Positions 50,301 to 58,495 of a stretch of DNA of 64,000 nt are shown one piece after another; position 1 is the stretch's first letter; each line of letters opens with the position of its first letter. The notes below the pieces were generated by a model. The model worked only from the letters and a program-made list of their open reading frames with translations. It made no database searches and was not told the origin of the DNA. Origin of the DNA: Protoeuglena noctilucae (lineage: Eukaryota); contig OY253677.1 in NCBI GenBank assembly GCA_958009085.1, positions 372,001 to 436,000 on the forward strand, read 5' to 3'. The position numbers and the translations under genes were made by a program.

Positions 50301-53300
50301 GAAGCTTGCATCAGCGGTGTAGAGTACATCACCACCGCCTAGCCACAAAGAAAAAAGGCGTGAGACATGAAGCCGTCACGCCGCTCAAGGGGGCACCCCC
50401 TTGGGAATGGAGCGCCCCGGGGGGCGGAGAGAGACAGCCCAGGAGGGCGGCAACACTCAGAACGAGCGGAGCAACACCCACCGGGGAGGCCCGGCGGGGG
50501 AGGAAGGCGCCCCGTGGGGCGGGAGGAGAAAGCCCAGGAGGGCGGCAGCACCCGAGAAGGGAGGAGCAACACCCACCGGGGGGGCCCGGCGGGGGAAGAG
50601 CGGCTGGCAGAGGGGGCGGGGCTGCGTAGTGGGCAAGCCGGACGAGGCGCTTGCCCCGAAGCAAACCACGGCCGGGCAGGCACGCAAAACGCAACCACAC
50701 CAGCGCTACAGGCCGCGGAGACACACAGGCAGGCGGGAAAGAGGCGAGGCGCGGCGGCGCATCGGGCGCAGCACCACAAGCTGGGCGGGCGCGGCCGGGG
50801 CCAGGCAAGGGGCCATGGCGCTCAACGGACACGCGCGCGGCCGTTTCTAACCTCTGCATGCGGGAGGAAGGGCGCGCGGGGGCGCTGGAGGGGCGGGCGC
50901 GCGGGGTCGCGCGCCGAAGATCTCGGCCAGGCCGGGACGAAAACTCGACGGAGCGCACGCAGATCGCGGCGCCGCTTCGGGAGACGCTCTTGAATGAAGA
51001 GAAGAAGCTCGGGAAGGCGAGGAAGACTGCCCCCCACGCCGTATGAGACGCCCGTGGGGGGGGATGGCCGACCAGGGGTCGGGAGCCGCGCTCGCCACTC
51101 AAGGCGCCAACACGCGTTGTTTTTGGACCGGCTCTTAGCCACCGGGCTGGGGCGGGGCCACGGTGTTTCCAGAGTTCGCCACGGGGAGGCGGCCGGCGGG
51201 ACACGAGCCCGAGAGACTCCGGTCGACGCCACGCCCTTGATGGCGCCCGACTGGGCCGTCACGATGAAGCCCAGCGGCTGTGCCACCAGGTTGAAGCTGA
51301 AGCCGTCGCTCGTCGTCAGGTGATTGCCGGCAGCGGAGACGTTGCAGGTGACGGTGACGCTGGCCGCCGTGTCAATGTCCGCAACCGTCTTCAGATCCAC
51401 GGCAACCTGTGTCGTATCCGTCACAGCAGCCACAGTGGGGACCGTGCTGCTCACAAACTTGGTAGCGTCCCAAGCCTTGCACGTCAGGGTGTTGCTGCCG
51501 CCCGAGGGAGCGTTGAGCGCCACCTTGAGCGTGTTGCCAGGCGTGTCGGCAGTGCCCTCAAGCACGATGACGGTGCCGTTAGAAGTCCCGCCAATGACGG
51601 CAGGGATGGCGGTCGCCGACCCGTACGTGGTGAAGACGTTGGTCGAGGCGATTGACTTGTTAGCCGCTGCCTGGGCGTACAGCACGAACTTGAGGGGGTC
51701 GGCAATGACCGTGAAGGTCACGCTGTCGGTGGTGCTGAGGCCGCCGGCGGCCGAGCTGGGGGCGCACGTGATCGTGATGGACTTCTGCGCGCTAATGTCG
51801 GCGACCGTGCCGATGGTGAGGTCGAAGGGTGTGCTGGAGGAGATGGTGCTGGCGACTGTCACGCTGGGGATGACGGTCGTGTCGCTGGGCGTGCAGGTGA
51901 TGGTCACCGCGGCGGTCGGGGCCGAGTTGGCCTTGATCGTGACCGTGGCGCCCGCCGTGTCGACCTGCGCCTCGATGCGGACCACCCGGTTGTTGCTGGA
52001 CGTCAGGTCCGTGTCAGCACTAAACATGGTATACCTGCCGTCAGTGTTGATGGACTTGATCGCGCCCTTCTTGGCCGTGATGACCAGCTTGAGCGGGGTG
52101 GCGACTATGTACGTCGACGCCGTGCTGTAGACGCGCCCAGCGCCGTTGGTGGCCGTGCAGGTGAGCAGGACGTTGGAGGCAGCGCTGATGGGCTGCACTG
52201 CAGGGAGCGTGATGCCCATGGCTGAGGTACCCGAGCCGCTGGCGATCGAGACCGTGTAGTCGGTGCTGGTCGTGCTGTTGGCGAGGACGCTGCTCATGGA
52301 GCTGTCCACCAGGCACGTGACAGTCAGGGGTTCGGGTGCGCTCCGGTCGAGGATGACCTGGACGAGACCCCCCGAGCCGTAGGCGTAGCCCTCGACAGCG
52401 ATTATGCTCGTGCCGGGGAGGATGGAGAGCACCAGCGGGGTAGCCGTGACCGTGACCGTCGCCGTGTCGGTAGGCGTGGTCTTGGCCGAGGAGAGGTAGG
52501 CGCCCGTGACATCTGCAGCAACGGCGCACGTCAGGGTGGCGTCCGCAGTCATCAGATTCCCAACGCTGGCCGTGGGGGCAGGTGTGGCCGTGGGAGCAGG
52601 GGTCGAGGGCGGCGACGGGGTGGCAGCCGTGGTGGGCGCGGGGGTGCCCGCGGTCGGCGTGGTGGGTTGGGTCGGCATGGCGACACCGGTGCCTTTCTTC
52701 AGCGGGAAGGCCGTGTCGACGGTCAGGGCCCCCGAGTACGCGGTGAGCTGACCACTGGAGGACACGGTGTAGAGGGCAATGTCGATACCAAGGATTTGAG
52801 GGAATGACGTGCCCACTTGGTCACGCCCACCGGCGTAGATCAGCATCCACGTGTTGGTCTGCGGAGGGAGCTGAGTTGTGCGGTGATGCTTACTGCTAGT
52901 GGAAGCAGTGGAAGAGGCAAACTCGGTAGCAGCGCTCACCACGATGGCAATCTCGACTACCGAGGCATGAGGGTTGCCAGGGCAGGCACTCGACGTTCCG
53001 TTGGTAGTGATGTCCGGCATGTCGTCCGCACATGCGCTGGCGGTGCCGATCGCATCATTGACGGGGTCGTAGGTGAAGACACTCAGCACCGTGTCATACG
53101 TGCTGTTGCAGGACGTAATCAACGCCACGCACTGCTGCCCGCCGCAGTCGGAGGTGGCTCTGGGGGACGGCGTGGAGACAGCAATCAGACATAGCGGCGC
53201 GCTCGCATACGCTTGGGCTGCAAGCATGGTGGCATGGCCACACTCACTGGAAGGCGAAGTAGGCGTCAGCCCCAGCAAAGGAACCGAGGGTTTGCTGGCA

Positions 53301-56300
53301 CGCCGAGAGCACGTCCACGTTGTAAGGCCACTCCTCGATGCGGAAGGCCGCCGAGTAGGGCAGCTGCGTGACCACGATGGGATTCTGCATGGTGTCACCC
53401 AAAGGGGCCCGGGTGTCCGCCAGTCGCACCGAGTAGACACCCCCATATGCGGGAAAGAGGGGCAGCGGCACATTCGTGGAAGGAAGCATACGAGAGCTGC
53501 ATCGGCGATCGCGGCGTGGCATCGCGCAGCGTGGCCCCCCACCAAAGTTGTCGTCTGATGAGGACGCCACTGCGTCGATGAAGACGCTGGGGGGGCCAAA
53601 ATAGGCCGCGGAGGTGGGCTCCACCACCCCGGTCTGCCCCGTGGCGTTCCCGGAGGCATCGTATATGGGCCGGGCCAGGGCGCCATAGTCCATGCTGACG
53701 TTGACATTAACCGTCTGAGCCTGGTTCCAGTTGCCTGCAAGTGAGCAGGCGCGTGCGTGGCATGCCGAGGGGCGAGCAGGCAGCGAGGTCGTTCCCACCT
53801 GGCACACCGATCCAATGTCGCACGGAGATCGGCAAGGCAAGGGTGGCATGACTCACCCGGCGTGAAAGTGAGCGAGCTGGTGCTGAGCGCGACACCGGAC
53901 CAGGTGCTCGAGACGGCCACCGTCACGTCCGCGGCTGGCTGGGCCGCCAGCTGCAGGCCCACGCTGGTGCTGCCCACGCGGGTGGTGATGTCCCACAGCT
54001 GGACTGTGGCGGTGAGGGCCTTCTTGGTCAGCGCCCGGGAGTACACGAGGTTGGTCGTGCCCTTGGACGCGTGCTGCGTGATGGCGCCGGACGTGGCCGT
54101 CAGGCATGCGGGGAACGGGGGGTGGGCGCAGGGTGCGGCGGCGAGGGAGCGAGGCAGTAGATGGATGTGTAGACCTGCTCTGTGAACGAAGCACCAGAAC
54201 ATCTACCAGAACATCTATGCCTCGCTCACTCTCGACGATGTGCTTCAACGCAAGGATGTCGATCTCCGTGTGCAGGGCCAGGTAGGCTGCTGCCGCCCCT
54301 GCCACGATGGGCGCGGACATGCTTGTGCCACTGAGGATGTGCCAGGGGCCATTTCCGCACTCGGCCACACGACCGAACTGAGGGAAAGAGGCGGGCGGGA
54401 GACACTGGGATGATGGGATGAGGTGGTGGCATGCAGGTGACAAGGAAATGCTTGGGTGGCCCCACAGTCAGGAGAGGGTGCATGGCAACTGTCGTCAAGA
54501 CGAGGCTCCTGCGGCCTCACACCTCGTTGCACGCGCCAAGGATGAAGACGCCAGGTGCAAACAGATCGACGCAGCTGCCGACATCAGAGAAGCTGGCGAG
54601 ATTGTCCATGAAGCCCGGGTAGGTTATTGAGGCTCCAACGGTGATGCCCCTGCATGGCGTGGAGGACGCAGATGGAAACTGACATTAACTCCGCGCCGTC
54701 CTGGCAAGGTCGACACCGCAAACTCTGTCGCAATCTCACCACGCAGAAGCGGCCGGAGACCCTGCGCACGCGTCCTGGGCCTCATTGCCCGCTGCCACGA
54801 CCGGGAGGATGCGCGACTGCACTAACTGATTCAGCAGGCGGCTCTGGTCGGAGTCGATGGTCGGAGAGCCATGCAGGGGCGGATTGTTGGGGATTAATGA
54901 GGGCATGGCCGCAGTCTATGTACAGTGCAGCACCTCCTTTTAAGCAATCTAGTAACTCACGAAAGACATGTTGACGACCGCCGGCGCGACGGGTGGGCTT
55001 GCAGCCGCCATCTGGAGCATGAGGTCTGCGGGGCCAAGTGTGGGGGGTGCAGCGGTAAGGCTCATGCACGAGGGCACCTTGATGCCGCGCTTCTGCACTG
55101 CGCCGCACGGCTGTATGGTCTGCCTTTGCGCCCCTCACCCACGGCTTGTGTCAAGGCAGTGCTGGCCAACGAGCCACTGTCGTCCGCCACCTTGAACGAG
55201 TAGATGTTTGCGCTCTTGGCCACGCCAGCCTGGTTGCCCGCCGCGAGACTCGCAACGTGCGTGCCATGGCCTACCCAGTCTGGGAGCCCATCAGGAACAC
55301 AGAGACGAGTGAGTTGTGCTTTAGCACCGATAGCAATGGGGGCAGAAAGGGACACTTGCCAAGTGTCACCGTAGTCATCGGGTCTTTCGCTTGAGGAGTA
55401 GGCGTTGAACGACAGCGTGACGCGGCTGACGCTGGCGTCGGTCTCGCAGTCGGCCTGGGTCGACCCCGACTGGAGGAAGTCGGGGTGACACTGCGTAGGG
55501 AGGGAGAGAGGCACAGGAGCATATCGCTTCTCATGACACCCTCGGCGCGCTGGCATGGGACGCAACACGACTGTCCTAGCCATCTCGATGCTCTGACAAG
55601 CCGCAGCGCCGCATTGACTGGGCACCTGGAACACGCCCGTGTCCGCGATGAAGACGTTTGCCCCAGTGCCCTGGGAGTAGTAGATGTACTTGAAATCCAG
55701 GGGAGGGTTTCGCTGATCGATGCGGTCCAAGTGAGTGAACTGCGAGACAGGATGCTCCGGGGGCATTGTGGGGACATGCATCGCGGCGACTAGTCGCTCG
55801 CGGCAACGTGCATGTAGACGGCTGTCCTGATAGCTCCCCAGGACAGGCAGCGAAAGCACCCGCGAGCGGCAGCCCGCGCCCTGCTCTTACCGCTCCAATG
55901 CTGCTCCCAATGCTTTCGATGGGCTGCGTTTGGGCGTTGGAGTTTGACGTCTGCCGCAGGACTCGGCCCAAGATGTGCAGCTCTCGGTCCTCATACACCC
56001 CGATAACTGCATGGCAAGGGCAGGAAATGCTCTTACCCCGCTCCCTACTCTCACTGCCAACCGCAACAGATCCAACTGGCCAGCGCCCCTCACTGTCGTC
56101 AGAAAGGGCGGCCAGTCCGCCGTGAAGGTCACCCTCGGCGCCCTGCACGACCATGGCCGGCCCCACGCGCGTCAGCACGCCGTGGCAAGCCAGGCCACCC
56201 TGCCCCGCTGCGCTCCCCGACCCCAGCCGCCCGCACAGCGCCTGCGCCCGCCCCTCGGACCCGGGCTCCAGCGTGACCAGCCACCGGGCAGAGGAAGCCT

Positions 56301-56622
56301 CCGAGAGGTTCCTGGGCCGCGCAGGCTCCAAGTGCCGCTTGTAAATCGTGAACCCCGACGGACTGCAGGACCAGGGTGGGTTGGGTTGGGTAGAGATTTG
56401 GAAATTTATGCCACGTCGCGCCGCCTGTTGTCCGGGCCGCGCAGGGCGCCAGGCCATTATTCCGTTGATTTATCGAAACCGTGTGACGGGTGGGGCAAAA
56501 GCGAATTGCGGCGCTGCGTACCTGGCCACGGAGAACATGGCGGCACGGGCAGCTGCTGCGAGGCAGAGAGCGGCCAGGAGCCCGAGCCCGCATCCGCGGG
56601 AAGCATGAGCGAGCGTCCTCAT
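41344..56622 (-). CDS. Giant (~4,200 aa, 16 exons) secreted S8A subtilase with I9-like prodomain, ~19 Cys-paired beta-repeats, SEA-like domain and GPI signal; interrupted by a retroelement
   Basis: Signal peptide MRTLAHASRGCGLGLLAALCLAAAARA. Catalytic motifs HLDRIDQR, ADTG, GHGTHVAS, VVNMSF, VVAAGN, VDLFAPG and SGTSMSAPIVAG. ORFs 50822..54202 and 41752..50163 join in frame once 1,069 bp are removed. Last exon 41667-41344 ends SSSVVIAASNATLAAFLFLAVL*. Confidence 0.85.
48308..48456. repeat. ~149-bp identical internal repeat of the giant gene; carries the empty version of the retroelement target site
   Basis: 48308-48413 equals 50063-50168, and 48397-48456 equals 51221-51280. Confidence 0.9.
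50412..50595. repeat. ~95-bp tandem duplication inside the retroelement
   Basis: gcgcccc...agcccaggagggcggca...ggagcaacacccaccgggg(a/g)ggcccggcggggg occurs at ~50412 and ~50507. Confidence 0.85.
51128..51220 (-). ncRNA. HDV-like self-cleaving ribozyme (nested double pseudoknot)
   Basis: P1 GGAGU(C)UC/GAACUCU with G1-U wobble; J1/2 hairpin CGGG..CCCG; P2 CCGGCC/G(A)GCCGG; P3 GCC/GGC with L3 UCCCCGU; P1.1 CC/GG; P4 CACCG-UGGC..GCC-CGGUG; J4/2 GCUAA with catalytic C at 51138. Confidence 0.88.
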
Positions 56623-57257
56623 TGTCGCTGACGGTTGAGGACCCCACGAGCGGTGATCAGTCACCCTTGGCGAGCTTAAAAACCCCCAGCGCTGCGTACA
56701 TGCGCACCCATACGCGCAGGGCAGGTGAAAGAGCCAAAAAGGAGCGGGAAGACTGCGCTGCGGTCGCAAAGATCGCAGGATGACGACGAACAGTTGAGGT
56801 TAAATGTTGTCAGATGGCAAAGAGCCGCCTTCGGCCAGAGCGTCCAGCGGAGACCAAAGCTGAGTAGTGCGCCTCCGAGCCGGACCTGTTGTCGGGCAAC
56901 CAACGCCGCTCGGCCATGCATGCTTCAGCCCTTCCGAGGGGGCGATGGGAGCCGGGGTTCCAGGGTCGAGGACTAGCTTCTCCGGACGGGCGTGGAAGTT
57001 GTTAGCACGGGGGCTTGCGTGTGGGGGTAAGCGAGGAGGCGGTGGTGCTGGGGCTCCGCGGCTAGGGAGCCGCGTCGTCAGACGCATGCTGTGTGCAGGG
57101 CGCTGCAAGCTTTGAGCAGGGCAGCATCCCCAAGCGAAGCCGAAAAGGGCCCATGCAACGGCTTTCAGGTTAAACTCTCTAGCACCCTGAGCAACTGCCC
57201 GGTGAGCGAAAGCACGTCTCTATTCGGCATGACAATGCGCGAGGTGAAGCCACGTCT

Positions 57258-57791
57258 TCATCCCTTCGACGCGTCCCCATGGCTCGCCCCTTTGCTCTTC
57301 GCCGCCCCACCCTGCGGCTTCTTGACTGACTCGGCCGGCCGCTTCAGCTTGTCCGTCGACGCCTTCAGGATCGTCACGTACGCGTCCTGGAACCGTGCCT
57401 GCCGCGGGTGCAGAAAGTATGTGAGATACATACCAAGGCCGGGTGGGGATGCGCGCGGAGGAAGCGGCGATTGGCTGCCCACCTGCTTGCTCGCGGGCAC
57501 CATGGTCGAAATCTTCCGCTTCCCGTCTGTGGCGCGGACCAGGCACACGTAGTCCTCCTCCTTCGCATCCAGCTGCTTCTTCGGGGTCTGCGCAGACGCG
57601 GGGCCGCGCGCAAGCCGTGAAGGGCCGCAGGGCGGCAAACGGAACGGCACACCTCTCTGCGCCGCGCGCATCCCGCCACCCACCCGGCACGAGGAGCGCT
57701 TCATCGTGACGACGACGCTTCCCCGGACACGGTTCCCCTTGTACATCGCCATCAGCTCCGTCAGGAAGGGGTCGGCCTCGAGAAGAACCAT
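57258..57791 (-). CDS. SRP14: Signal recognition particle 14 kDa protein, 3 exons
   Basis: MVLLEADPFLTELMAMY...GSVVVTMKR...CLVRATDGKRKISTMV...RFQDAYVTILKASTDKLKR. Confidence 0.95.
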   Translation of the reverse strand: MVLLEADPFLTELMAMYKGNRVRGSVVVTMKRSSCRVGGGMRAAQRGVPFRLPPCGPSRLARGPASAQTPKKQLDAKEEDYVCLVRATDGKRKISTMVPASKQVGSQSPLPPRASPPGLGMYLTYFLHPRQARFQDAYVTILKASTDKLKRPAESVKKPQGGAAKSKGASHGDASKG

Positions 57792-58495
57792 GGCTTCGCC
57801 CCGATGCGGCGCGCGGGGCCTCGAAGAGGCCGTGCGTAGACAGCGGAAAGCTACCTCTTCGTTGCAACGGGATAGCGCTGGCCAGACACGATAGGGAGGC
57901 GGGCTTTGGGGAGCACGCACACGTCACAAGCCCAGACGACGCGTGGTGGGGCGGGCGGGGCTTCCGGGTCGGTCCGCTAGTCGCAGGGTTCGAAGTGAAG
58001 CTATCGCTAACGCAAGCTGCGGGATTAAACCGTCGCTGCTTCGACAGGGGGCAGGGACAGGGTCTCGTGCACGCCTTCTCGCGAAGTGGGGAAGGCACAG
58101 GGCACAGGGGGGCGGAAGGCGCATACGGTGCCGCAGGAGCTATTTGTGGCCATGTTTGCGGCGCCAGGCGAAGGAGCTCCTGGCACAGGTCCAACTGACA
58201 CGGGCACCACCGGAGATTCCTGGAGCGAGGAGCTCCACCGAGTGCATATGGACAACCACTATGCGCGGAGTGTCCTGCTGCGCGAAGGAATCGCCGTTTC
58301 CTCGAGTCCTTCGCGGGCCTTTTTGGAAACCGCATAGATTCGTCGCTCGCCGGCGTCCTCGCGTGCTTGTGCGCTTCTTATTTGAATTTCTGACGACAGT
58401 AGTCCCGGACAGGCCCTGCCCGGCTCTGGCTGCCACGGTGCAGGAGGTGGCGCCGAGGCAACGGGCGAAGGCGTCCCATCCGAAGCGCAGTTGAG

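Larger units (their letters stand above)
50169..51220 (-). mobile_element. Non-autonomous non-LTR retroelement (SIDE/SINE-like, 1,052 bp) with 17-bp TSD, 5' ribozyme and (AGTC)3 tail
   Basis: Direct repeat GGTCGACGCCACGCCCT at 50152-50168 and 51221-51237. The minus-strand 3' end is ...gagAGTCAGTCAGTC. There are no terminal inverted repeats or LTRs and no recognisable protein. Confidence 0.92.

Noticed and set aside
50329..51204. 291-aa ORF inside the retroelement as a possible transposase or RT
   Set aside because: It has a non-ATG start inside the ribozyme, no RT/APE/DDE motifs, and reads through tandem repeats.
57960..58000. GGTTCGAA B-box-like motif as a tRNA
   Set aside because: No cloverleaf or acceptor stem can be formed.
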